From contig NC_068981.1 of assembly GCF_001194135.2 (NCBI RefSeq), forward strand, positions 111,185,617 through 111,231,938: a DNA stretch of 46,322 nt, written 5' to 3'. Origin of the DNA: Octopus bimaculoides. Lineage: Eukaryota. Both the position numbers and the translations under genes were made by a program. Below are positions 35,469-46,322 of the stretch, piece by piece. The stretch's first letter is position 1; every line of letters starts with the position of its first letter. The notes beneath the pieces are model-generated. The model made no database searches, was not told where the DNA came from, and was given only the letters and a program-made list of their open reading frames with translations.

Positions 35469-35761
35469 TATGTACATATATATGTATGTATGTATGTATG
35501 AGGATGATTTAGCGGATGACTAATGTGTTTATATTAATTACAATGTATATATGTATTTCAAATTTTTTAAATATGCATTTGTGTTTGGTGGAAGCTTATC
35601 TTAGGAAAGAAATGGCAAATAAGTGTATATGTATGTTTATTAACATACCACTTGTCACTTTCCAAACCATTGATTAATGTATGATACCAGATGATATAAA
35701 AGCATGTTTATCTTTCTATTTGTTGTTATATCTAATTGCATCTTTTTTGTATTTAATTCAG

Positions 35762-35981
35762 TGTTCATCCTGTAAAAATAGTTTTCTTGGCGAACCAACG
35801 GATGGTCACCAGTGCTACAGCCAGATGGATGTAGATTACGACTACTGTTTTGACCCTAATGACCGCAATGCTTGTGGCAACAACTACAAGCCATTGTTAA
35901 AAGGCCAGACTCGTTTTTATGCTGTCCAGCCTAAATATCTCAATGTTAACATCCGTATCACTATTGATGTTACCCAAGGCG
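35762..35981 (+). CDS. MEGF8: Internal coding exon of multiple EGF-like domains protein 8 (220 bp, phase 0 to phase 1)
   Basis: Acceptor TTTAATTCAG|TGT and donor GGCG|GTAAGT. Peptide CSSCKNSFLGEPTDGHQCYSQMDVDYDYCFDP...GQTRFYAVQPKYLNVNIRITIDVTQG aligns by recall to human MEGF8 CAKCRESFHGSPLGGQQCY...GRTVLFGVQPKFTNVDIRLTLDVTFG. Confidence 0.92.
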
Positions 35982-36719
35982 GTAAGTTTTAAGCTAACAT
36001 TTTTCTTTGTATTAATATGAAAGGAAAAGATATATTTGCTTGGAAGTAACTGGCTATTTACTGTATGGATATTTTTTTATTGTTTGGAAATATGGAAAGT
36101 ATTAAAAATGAAGGCAAATTTTTATCTTTCTGAACTTTCAAAACCAGACAAAACAATGTTAAAAGTCCATTACCTCAGGCCATCGAATCATTTACACAAG
36201 TAAAATATCTGCTAACGGAAACCAAGATGCTTGTTCATTTTCTCTCAATTTTCCACTTGTCTTGTAGCTTTGACAAGTGTTCTCCTTTTGAAATTTCTTA
36301 CTTTGACTTTATTTTACTACCCTATGCAAATATTTGACGAAGCAAAATAACTAAGAATGCAGCAGCTGACAACTTGTTTTACCCCTAGATCAGTACATAT
36401 ATTTGCCACCCAAAGAATAGATTATGTTAGATAAGCAGTAGACAAGGACACTAGAGATTGTCTAAGCTAACAAGTCAGACAATAAATTTTTCTTCCAGTC
36501 AATGAAAGTACCATTTTATATGATGTCTTGAAAGGCTTTCATGTTCTCATGGAACCTGAATCAATGTACAGTTTGACATCTAATCCTCATTACACCTTGA
36601 AGCTTGTCATTGCCTGAACAAAGATGTAAGAGTGTGGCCATAAATATTTCTGTTATGCTAACAATCAAAACTGAAAACACAATATACAGCTCCACTATGA
36701 ACCTTTCACATCCTTTTTT

Positions 36720-37250
36720 TTTTTTTACCTAAATTGGAAAACAGGCTCTGTGGTTTCACCCAGACTGATAAGATTGGTGTGGGTTATATTTAGCTTGAAC
36801 ATCTACAGGGTAACATCTGTAGGGAAAATATGAGTGAAACAGGAATTCCATCAGGCTGATGTTCCGTCAAGGTAGGATTGGGTGAAAGCCTGAGACAGGT
36901 GCTATAGATGGAGATAGTATGCAATTACATAATTTAGAAGAACAGAAATCATTCTAGTTGTAATAGAATAGGTAGAGTGAGGAGTCAGTAAGTCTGTAAC
37001 TTAGAGATTGTAGTGAGTTAGGAAGGAGTCTTTGTCAACGAGTTGGATGACTTTCTTTTCAATACTGTTTAGGGTGATTGAATATGTATCAGCAGCATCA
37101 TCATAGTGTTACTAGTACACATATAAGAGCACTTAAGGATATGAGGTCATATGGAAAGACCATAAGAGTTTGCAATGTCTAAAATTTGAGCAACTTTGAT
37201 GGTTTTAATTGCATGTTGTCGAAGATAGACAGTTAGTGTGAGTGTGTGTG
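36720..37250 (-). mobile_element. Old CR1/L2-group LINE 3' remnant
   Basis: Across frames: NSIEKKVIQLVD, SLQSLSYRL, FCSSKLCNCILSP, resembling the post-RT region of such LINEs. Confidence 0.45.
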
Positions 37251-37819
37251 TTACAAGATTATTTCCTTGATGTAAGCAATTTGATTGTCATGACTCACTT
37301 ATTGTAGCAATATGGGTTTTTTGTTGGGTAAACAGGTTGCTGTTTTGTTATTTAATCTCAGTGAAATTCTGCTCAAGAAGACTATGATCTCATTTGTTTG
37401 AATTTCAATGACTATTAGTATGTCAATGATTCAATGTCTCATCTATTTAATGTGGTAGATATGATTTTGAGAGATATTTGGCTCTTGCTATTTCTAACAG
37501 GTCAAATAACAATGTAGAGGCTAGCTTGTTAGCTTGAAGCAGTTTGTTCATGGAGAAATTTGAGCTTACATCACTTAATTACACTAACCTGAATGTGATA
37601 AGTCTCATGCCATCTATTTAATTCTGTTGCATGTATATATTATCATAATTTTTACATCCAACTTTGCAAGAGGTTTATAGGTGCAATGGATCTTTTCCCA
37701 CTTGGCAACTCACCATTTGGCACACTGGTTTGTCATTTCCTTCCTAAGATAAGCTTCTACTGAACACAAAAATGCCTTTGCTTATAATATGTGAGTGTGC
37801 ATATGAGTGTACATATTTA

Positions 37820-38385
37820 TGTGCAAGTAAGCACATAAATGCAAAACAAGGTGGTAAAAAATAGTACTCAAATACAGAAGGTAGAGTAATGTGTGTTTTT
37901 TTATTGAAGCTACAAAAACATCACAAAAAACTGTTACTCAGAGTTTCACGTTTCCATTCATCAGACAGTTGTGATCAAGACTGGAATAAAATTGAGATGG
38001 TACATGTAATATATGACTTGATATAACCCAATTTGATGTGTAAACATTTGAATTTGATTGGCTAACTTATTTCAAAGACATAAAGCATGTTGTATTTACT
38101 AACAGTTGGGTGAGTTGGGGGTTTATAAATTGAACAGTCAAATATAAATATATTATATTATATAATATCGGAAAACCTTGAGTGAAAAAGTGAGTAATAT
38201 ATGTCCAGAAGGGATTGGTTAATAATTTATAGAGGCATAAGTTTGTTTTTATAAATTTAAAATCTATGGATTGAAGAAGTTCCTAGGTTGAAAAATTCAA
38301 CGAGTTTATCGTACATATACACACATACATACAAACATATCTATATCTATGATTATATACTCATGTGAAAAATACACACACACAC
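37820..38385 (-). repeat. Solo PLE terminal-repeat-like segment
   Basis: 37826-38005 is homologous to 19272-19440. 38220-38385 is repeated at 41861-42025. Confidence 0.65.
37929..37970 (-). ncRNA. Minimal type I hammerhead ribozyme motif
   Basis: Minus strand: AACTGT-CTGATGA-ATG-GAAA-CGT-GAAA-CTCTGAG-TA-ACAGTT; 6-bp stem I, GNRA-capped stem II. Confidence 0.83.
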
Positions 38386-38394
38386 ACACACACA

Positions 38395-38426
<32 letters not shown>

Positions 38427-39418
38427 NNNNNNNNNNNNNNNNNNNNNNNNNNNNNNNNNNNNNNNNNNNNNNNNNNNNNNNNNNNNNNNNNNNNNNNNNN
38501 NNNNNNNNNNNNNNNNNNNNNNNNNNNNNNNNNNNNNNNNNNNNNNNNNNNNNNNNNNNNNNNNNNNNNNNNNNNNNNNNNNNNNNNNNNNNNNNNNNNN
38601 NNNNNNNNNNNNNNNNNNNNNNNNNNNNNNNNNNNNNNNNNNNNNNNNNNNNNNNNNNNNNNNNNNNNNNNNNNNNNNNNNNNNNNNNNNNNNNNNNNNN
38701 NNNNNNNNNNNNNNNNNNNNNNNNNNNNNNNNNNNNNNNNNNNNNNNNNNNNNNNNNNNNNNNNNNNNNNNNNNNNNNNNNNNNNNNNNNNNNNNNNNNN
38801 NNNNNNNNNNNNNNNNNNNNNNNNNNNNNNNNNNNNNNNNNNNNNNNNNNNNNNNNNNNNNNNNNNNNNNNNNNNNNNNNNNNNNNNNNNNNNNNNNNNN
38901 NNNNNNNNNNNNNNNNNNNNNNNNNNNNNNNNNNNNNNNNNNNNNNNNNNNNNNNNNNNNNNNNNNNNNNNNNNNNNNNNNNNNNNNNNNNNNNNNNNNN
39001 NNNNNNNNNNNNNNNNNNNNNNNNNNNNNNNNNNNNNNNNNNNNNNNNNNNNNNNNNNNNNNNNNNNNNNNNNNNNNNNNNNNNNNNNNNNNNNNNNNNN
39101 NNNNNNNNNNNNNNNNNNNNNNNNNNNNNNNNNNNNNNNNNNNNNNNNNNNNNNNNNNNNNNNNNNNNNNNNNNNNNNNNNNNNNNNNNNNNNNNNNNNN
39201 NNNNNNNNNNNNNNNNNNNNNNNNNNNNNNNNNNNNNNNNNNNNNNNNNNNNNNNNNNNNNNNNNNNNNNNNNNNNNNNNNNNNNNNNNNNNNNNNNNNN
39301 NNNNNNNNNNNNNNNNNNNNNNNNNNNNNNNNNNNNNNNNNNNNNNNNNNNNNNNNNNNNNNNNNNNNNNNNNNNNNNNNNNNNNNNNNNNNNNNNNNNN
39401 NNNNNNNNNNNNNNNNNN

Positions 39419-40062
39419 CACTGGCAATTTACATGTGATAGATGGTAGAATGAATGCAGAGATGTACCAAAATATTTTGAACAATAATTTATGGGACTCT
39501 GTAGAAAAGCTCCAGCTTTGTGAAGGATGGGTTTTACAACAGGATACCGACCCTATGCACACGGCGAAGTCTACCAAAAAATGGATTGTCAATCATAATA
39601 TAAAATTATTAGAATGGCCAAGCCAGTCAGCTGACTTGAACCCCATTGAAAATTTGTGGCATTATTTGAAAATTAAAATTCATTCAAGAGCCTCAACCTG
39701 CATTCCAGATTTGAAGAAAATTTGTCAAGAAGAATGCGAAAAAATTCCTAAAGGAACATGTGAGTCATTGATTAAGAACTACAAGAAGGGATATGTTGAA
39801 GTGGAACTGATTAATAGTTATGTTGCAAAGTATTAAATCAGAATTTTCAGTTATTTATGTTCTGTACGAATACTTTTTTCACCCCTAAATATTCATAATT
39901 GTATATAAATTCCTTAGTTACTATAATTTATTAGTTTCTTTTGCATATTCTTAGTTTATGCATGTGTATGCAAATAGAGTTTTGGTATATCCCATTTATG
40001 TTCATTAGAAATTAAATAAATAAAGAATTTTGACATGTACGAATATTTATTTCCCCCCACTG
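39419..40062 (+). mobile_element. Tc1-family transposon, 3' half (5' part in gap)
   Basis: QQDTDPMHTAKSTKKW...WPSQSADLNPIENLW (DD34E region). Right end ...TTTCCCCCCACTG|TA; inner direct repeat TGTACGAATA at about 39863 and 40037 (IR/DR architecture). Confidence 0.92.
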
Positions 40063-40074
40063 TATGTGTGTGAG

Positions 40075-40231
40075 TGTGTGTATGTGTGCTTCTGTGTTTA
40101 CGTCCCTGTAACTTAACATCTCAGCAAAAGAGACCGGTAGAATTAAGTACTAAGCTTAAAAGAATAAGTCCTGGGTTTAATTTATTTTACTAAAGGTGGT
40201 ACTCCAGCATGGCCGCAGTCAAATGACTGAA

Positions 40232-40235
<4 letters not shown>
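40075..40235 (+). mobile_element. 3' fragment of the tRNA-derived SINE
   Basis: GTTTACGTCCCTGTAACTT...CCAGCATGGCCGCAGTCAAATGACTGAA matches 16400-16540. Confidence 0.75.
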
Positions 40236-40317
<82 letters not shown>

Positions 40318-40407
40318 TACACACTCATACATGTTTATGAATAATCACAAAGGTGAGCACATACGTACATATGCATATATACTCATGTGCATACATGTAC
40401 ACACTCA

Positions 40408-41411
40408 TCTCTAATCTTACTATAATGGGTGTTATGTCTGTCTGTCTGTTCCCTCCTCATGGTCAAATGGTTGGATCAATGGTCATGATGCTTTTTGGGA
40501 TTACAGAGGAGGAAATCAGGAAGGTTTTTAAGCAGAACAATTGTGAAAAAGTATGATTATTTAGTGAATATTGAGTTTTGTATTAATAAATCACCTCTGA
40601 TTTTTTTTTGTTAAAATTCCGGCGACTTGGATTAACTTTGGATTTCCCTACCATATAGCTTGTGAGTTTAGAGGTTTTAGATTTGTGATGCTATCCCTTT
40701 ATTTCCCATCATAGATGGGCAAATTTGCTACCTTGCTATAATGAGCATTATGTCTGTCTGTCCATGTCTTTGGCTGTTCCCTTTTCACTGCCAGACAGCT
40801 GGACCAGTGGTTACAATATTTTGGGGGATTACAAGGAGGGTCATTAAAAAATCAGATAGTATGATTATTTTGAGGATATTGATTTTTGAATTGATAAACC
40901 ACCTTTGCATTTTTATTAAAAATTCACCAACCACAAGTAACTCTGGGTTTTCATCATATGGTCCATGGCCCTATTATAGATATGAAGGGGGTTGCAAGGA
41001 CAGTTAATAGCAGGGAAAAAGTGTGTCAGTATATAGTGTGTATGATTATTTAGTGATTATTGAAGTGTGTCAGTCTAGAGCAGGATTTGAAATGGCTAAT
41101 CAAAGTAGCTGTTCATATCTCAGTTTTGTCAATCAAAATAACCCATGGTACCAGAACATCCAGACATTGTTTGCATAGAACAGTGAGAGATAAATCTTAG
41201 TTTGATTTTTTGCAACCCTAAAGGTTCCGCTCATGCATTCACAACAAACAAGGCACAGGGGCTGACTTTAGATCATGTAGGTGTATTTTTACTCTCTCCA
41301 ATGTTTACATACAGCCAGTTATACTTTGCTATGAGTAGAGCAATGGACTCCAGTAATTTGAAACTTAGCATCAACAAAACAGAAGATATCTTCTACAAAG
41401 AAGTTTTGTAA
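40408..41411 (+). mobile_element. Deleted Helitron derivative: 5' end(s) plus Pif1-type helicase C-terminus
   Basis: HAFTTNKAQGLTLDHVGVFLLSPMFTYSQLYFAMSRA...IFYKEVL* (41202-41411), typical of the end of RepHel. Upstream A|TC start with CTGT microsatellite, resembling Helitron 5' ends. Confidence 0.7.
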
Positions 41412-42152
41412 TCATATTGATATTATCAAAAGGAATATGATTCATAATTTAAATAAGGAAATTTGTGAACTTTGACTGTATAAGAATATAAGCAAGCATA
41501 AAATAGTGTAAACAACTAAAATAAAAGCATATCTAAATAACATTTTTTCTTAATACTTTTTATGTAGTTGTCGAAGGAAGCTCCGGCTTTCATTAGGAGT
41601 GGTCCACATATCCATTCATGATACAGAGGCTGGGAACCTATTTCAGTTCAGGAGTGAATCTTCATCACATGACACTTAGTCACAATCACATGTCATATAG
41701 CTTCAATAGAATGTTGTATCACCAACAATAATGTGATTTCTCTAAGACATCACCCAGTAATCTATCAAGTCCATTTATACATTTCTCAATACATACTGTT
41801 GTTATGACTTCCCTCCCTCATTTTATGCCTCCATCGAAGATGAGTAGATTTGCTAATAATTAATAATTTATAGAAGCATAAGTTTGTTTTTATAAATTTA
41901 GAAATGATGGGTTGAAGAAGTTCCTAGGTTGAAAAATACAATAATGAGTTTATGGTACAAATACACACATACATATAAATCTATGACTATATATATGTGT
42001 GCAAAATAAATACACACACACACACACTCATACACACACACTTACATACACATATATGTGTACAAATATACACAGGCGATCACATGCACACATACATATG
42101 CATATATATTCATGTGTATACATGTATACACACATCTCTGCATACATATATA

Positions 42153-42990
42153 TTCGATCATCCCATAAATAATGCAATTTTTTTATGCTTATTTTGTTTT
42201 TCAAAATTAAGATAAAGTTAATTTTTAATCTAAAATATACTCTCCTTTATTTTCTACAATGCTCTTCCTTCTATCTCATTGACTTGCAAGGCACCTCTTC
42301 CAAAATTCACTTGTCCCTGAGGAAAATACTCCTCCAGTACTGTTCTAACCTCGTCTAAAGAATTCATTGAAGTCTGTGGAATAAATTATAATCAGCTGGG
42401 ACAATGTATAGCAAATTTGGTGGGTGGGGCATCATTTCCCATTCAAACTACTCCAGCCTTTGGAATGTCATCCTTGCTGTATGTGGCCAAGCATTATCCT
42501 GATGGAAGAACACCTTTGATCTTGAAACAAATGATGGTCGTTTTTCTTCAAACGCTGACTTAAACCTTTAGGTTGGGGTGCTGGAGTTTCTTTTTCTACC
42601 CACTGTCTTTGGTGCTTCACATTTTTATACAGAACCCATTTCTCATTACCAGTCACTATTTGGTTCCTTAACAGTTATGATGGAATTTTGTTCCACCAAG
42701 CTTTGCAGAATGTTCTCATCAAGCTCTACAGATGTTCCAGGATGAGGCTCATCTTCTAGGCTGTAGTTTCTGGCTCGGAATTTCTGGAACCACTGTTGAT
42801 ACTGGCTTACCCTTTTGTTCGATCCCCATATACTGCATTAATATTCCTCATGCTTGCCATTACATTATTGCCTTTATTGAGCTCAAAAGCAAAATATGCC
42901 GAATATGCTCCTTTGTCACTTTCATTATAGCTTTGATAAAGTAACTGTTAAAATCGAACTGCACTCTTCAAAACTTACACTAAGAATAAG
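42153..42990 (-). mobile_element. Second copy of the 2710-3971 mariner, internally deleted and 5'-truncated
   Basis: TA|TTCGATCATCCCATAAATAATGC TIR; IVTGNEKWVLYKNVKHQRQW. Homology stops at 42990. Confidence 0.88.
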
Positions 42991-42991
42991 G

Positions 42992-43241
42992 GTAGTGAAG
43001 AGGTGATGGTAAAGTAAGGAAAGGAGAAGAAAAAAAGAAAGAAAGGGGGAAGTAACTGGTGTTATATACAGGTAGGTTGGGGGAAGTAATCTGGTAAGTA
43101 CGAGAAACGTAATGAAACATTGTATCGGAGTATTAGAAAGAGAGAAAGAAAGGGGGAGAGATAGATAAAGACGCTGAGGATTATAAAGAAATTAAGTAAA
43201 AGTATACACACATGCATATACATATATATATATACATATAA

Positions 43242-43296
<55 letters not shown>

Positions 43297-44016
43297 TGCA
43301 CTTATGTGCTTATAATGTGCAGAGATACTACAAAACTTGTTGCACACATATATATTCACATGCATACATGTACACATGATGAGTTGCCAAAAAATTCCAT
43401 ACAGATAGTCTTTGGATTAACTAAATTCACTCAAATTTACCTACGTCAATTGCATATCACCTTGTATAATTTTTATTTTAATTAATTTTATTTCACCAAC
43501 CAACAGACTGTCCAAAAAGCTTTTGACTATCTAGAAACTATCTAACTCTTCGATACTATTAAATGCATTCCTCCACCAACTATGCTGAATTTTATCTATG
43601 GCCTTTTGCCTACTGAATCTTTTAAGAAAATTCATCATTCACCCATTGTCCATGTATATTTAAAGAATCTAAAATTCTTATTATTATCACTATTCATTTA
43701 TTTATGCTCTCTCTTTTAATACTGGAGATGATTTGTATTGCATTGTTTTTTTTTTTTGTTTATTCTAGTTGGACTTAAAAAGGTTTAAAAACAACACATG
43801 TAAAATAATGTATTTTGTATTTTAATTTTATAATTTTAATTTCATTTTGATTCAACTTATTTTAAACTTTAATAACCTACACATTTTCTCTCCCAAATGC
43901 AAGCTTCTTTCACTAACAAATGTATTAATCTTTTATTTAGCTGCTTGTATGTATTCAACATCCCAGACTCATGGCAGTGCATATAAAGATGTTGTGTATG
44001 TGTATATATGTATGTA

Positions 44017-44079
<63 letters not shown>

Positions 44080-44435
44080 GTATATGCGTTTGTATATGCT
44101 CTATATCTATGTATGAGCATGTATATGTGCATGTGTATGTGAATTCATGTGTGAGTGTATATGAACATGTATTTGTATTTGCATATATACGTATGTAAGT
44201 GCATATATCTATGTGTGCGTAAATACTTTTACTTAATTTCTTTACAATCCTCACCATCTTTATCTATCTCTCCCCTTTCTTTCTGTCTTTCTAATACTTC
44301 GATACAATGTTTCATTGTGTTTCTCGTACTTACCAGATTACTTCCCCCAACCTACCTGTATATAACACCAGTTACTTCCCCCTTTCTTTCTTTTTTTCTT
44401 CTCCTTTCCTTACTTTACCATCACCTCTTCACTAC
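42992..44435. repeat. Long inverted repeat (about 213-bp arms) around an AT/microsatellite core
   Basis: 42992-43205 is the reverse complement of 44223-44435. Confidence 0.8.
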
Positions 44436-44663
44436 TCCAAGCCCCGCTTCACCCCAATGTCAAATACCATTACAATAATTTCCCTACTCTGTTTTTTCCT
44501 TTCCTTCTCTTTTTTCTCTGGCAACTGCATATATATATATATGTACAAGCAGAAGGACCCTGTTTCACTCAGGTTATAAACTCATAGCTTTAACACAGTA
44601 CTCTTTGCTTGTAGTATAATTTGACACCTTCCTTCTAGGCATGATTAGGTAAATATTTTATAA

Positions 44664-45132
44664 AGGACCCATTCGTACTTCGGTGTGAAATAATTTTTTT
44701 GCATGGGTTTTTTTGAGTGCATTCAACATATCTGACCTCAAAACCTGCCGCAAGCCACTTTTTTCTGGAAAAGAAAGGGGGAAGGGTGGTGGAGACCTCA
44801 GAGTTTCCCACCAACAGAGTTTTGTTTCACAGGTTTTTGTTTGTCTATTCTAAGTTATTTCACATACTTTCAATCACATCAAAATCACATGTAAACGGCT
44901 CCTTTCCCCAGAAAAGGAAAGATTTGGCTGTTATTTCTAGCATGCTCATGTAACTGCTATTTGTGATAAAGGACCCACCGATATTTTGCTGTGAATTAAT
45001 TTTTTGACCCCTCCCCCACTTTCTTTTCCAGAAAAAAGTGGCTTGCAGCAGGTTTAGAGGTTAGATACATTGAATGCATTTGAAAAATCCTGTGGAAAAA
45101 AATTATTTCACACTGAGGTACGAACAGGCCCA
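44664..45132. mobile_element. MITE with about 125-bp TIRs, PIF/Harbinger-like ends
   Basis: AGGACCCATTCGTACTTCGGTGTGAAATAA... and ...TTATTTCACACTGAGGTACGAACAGGCCCA; flanks TAA and TTA. Confidence 0.65.
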
Positions 45133-45963
45133 TTACAAAATACTTCTCCATGGTTATCTCCTGATACACAAATGCACTGGTACAGAAGATTGTAAACAAT
45201 GAAAGTAGCTGTAATAATTTTTTTGATGCCAGAAATTGTTACATGGTTATTTACTGATACACAAATACACCAATAGTGTTTTGTCTGACCCTTTAGCTTT
45301 TCTAACATTTTGTTTATGTGTTGGTGTATACAAATACACCAGATTGTAAACAATGTAAGTAGCTGTAATAATTTTTTTTTTTGCTACCAGACATCGTTAC
45401 AACGGAAAATGCTAGACAGAATGAAGAGAGAATGATAGAAATAGAAAGAGAGGAAGTACAATGAGAAGTTTGATAGGGAATGTGCCTCCCAAATATGGTA
45501 CTAATTCATGCAGCTGTTTTCATGTGAAAAGTGAACACACACACACAGTTAGGTAGATAGATAGACAGATAGACAGACAGAGTTGCTACATCAGACATAC
45601 ATGTGTGTGTCTCGCTAGCCACAGTTACTATGTCAGTACCAGAAGTTGACATTGAAAAGTCTTTTTAAAGAAGTTAATCTTATATAAAGCAATATTATTT
45701 ATTTTTAATGAAAAAAATAAATGAAGACCCTATTATGTATCCAAGGTCAAATTATTCATGCACTCCAAGTATGGAACCAATTCACATGGCTGGTTTTATG
45801 TGAAAAGCGAATACACATACACAGGTCTATTTTATAAGATATAATTGTGGATATCTGTATGTGTGTACATATGGACATGTATATATCTATGTCTATGTGT
45901 GGCTATGTACATATGTATGCATGAAGGTATATATATATATATATATCTATATAAATATATATA

Positions 45964-46322
45964 TCTATATATATAAAAATGAGAATGTGTGTCTGTCTGT
46001 CTGTCTGTCCGTCTGTCTGTGTGAATCCCTAAAACTCGAGAACTACGCAACCAATTTCATTCAAATTTTACAGATGCCTTACTTAGGGTTCCAGTTGTGT
46101 TTTAGTCAAAAGAAAATTTAACTTCTTGCAGAGTTCGAGCCCACAGCAACATAATATCTCCTCCACTATTTAAGTATTACGTGTCAAAAGTGAAACAAAA
46201 ACACTCATGTCAAATACTTTCACTTTAAAAATGAAACTATTCTACTAACTGAAACAATCACATTTCGATACTGTAATGACAGATACTTTCAGAGAGAGAG
46301 AGAGAAAGAGAGAAAGAGAGAG
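45964..46322 (+). mobile_element. 5' end of a non-autonomous Helitron-like element (runs off the window)
   Basis: A|TCTATATATATAAAAATGAGAATGTGTG(TCTG)n...CGCAACCAATTTCATTCAAATTTT, the usual start pattern of invertebrate non-autonomous Helitrons. Confidence 0.6.

Noticed and set aside
36499-36620. Possible next MEGF8 exon after TTTTTCTTCCAG (VNESTILYDV...)
   Set aside because: Runs into TGA, has no good donor and does not resemble the expected xVDxY sequence.
41568-41600. AG|TTGTCGAAGGAAGCTCCGGCTTTCAT (VVEGSSGFH) as a MEGF8 exon
   Set aside because: Immediate TAG, and the expected preceding residues are missing.

Overview
AT-rich eukaryotic genomic DNA, not prokaryotic. It looks like an octopus (coleoid cephalopod) assembly; this is inferred from the repeat families and the dense (TA)n/(TG)n microsatellites. 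There are four N gaps (2225-2234, 9774-10421, 25666-25945, 38427-39418). Only one host coding exon is recognisable: 35762-35981 (+), with clean AG/GT boundaries, encoding part of MEGF8. Most of the rest is layered transposon debris: about ten Penelope-like retroelement (PLE) segments, one CR1-type and two RTE-type LINE families, tRNA-derived SINEs, mariner/Tc1 elements, Helitron ends and a helicase fragment, and several long inverted-repeat (foldback/MITE) elements. The most interesting unannotated signal is RNA-level. At least four structurally intact minimal type I hammerhead ribozyme motifs are present (10474-10521 -, 10921-10963 +, 19372-19411 -, 37929-37970 -), plus about seven decayed ones, mostly in PLE terminal repeats. 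Other highlights are a pseudogenised OTU deubiquitinase domain next to a long PLE, possibly inside a disrupted Helitron; an inverted 5' PLE terminal repeat that lacks the ribozyme segment; an RTE LINE ending in three C2H2 fingers; and a foldback element with a templated internal duplication. Most ORFs in the supplied track are microsatellite, antisense or N-gap artefacts. All family calls are from recall of motifs; no searches or folding programs were run.
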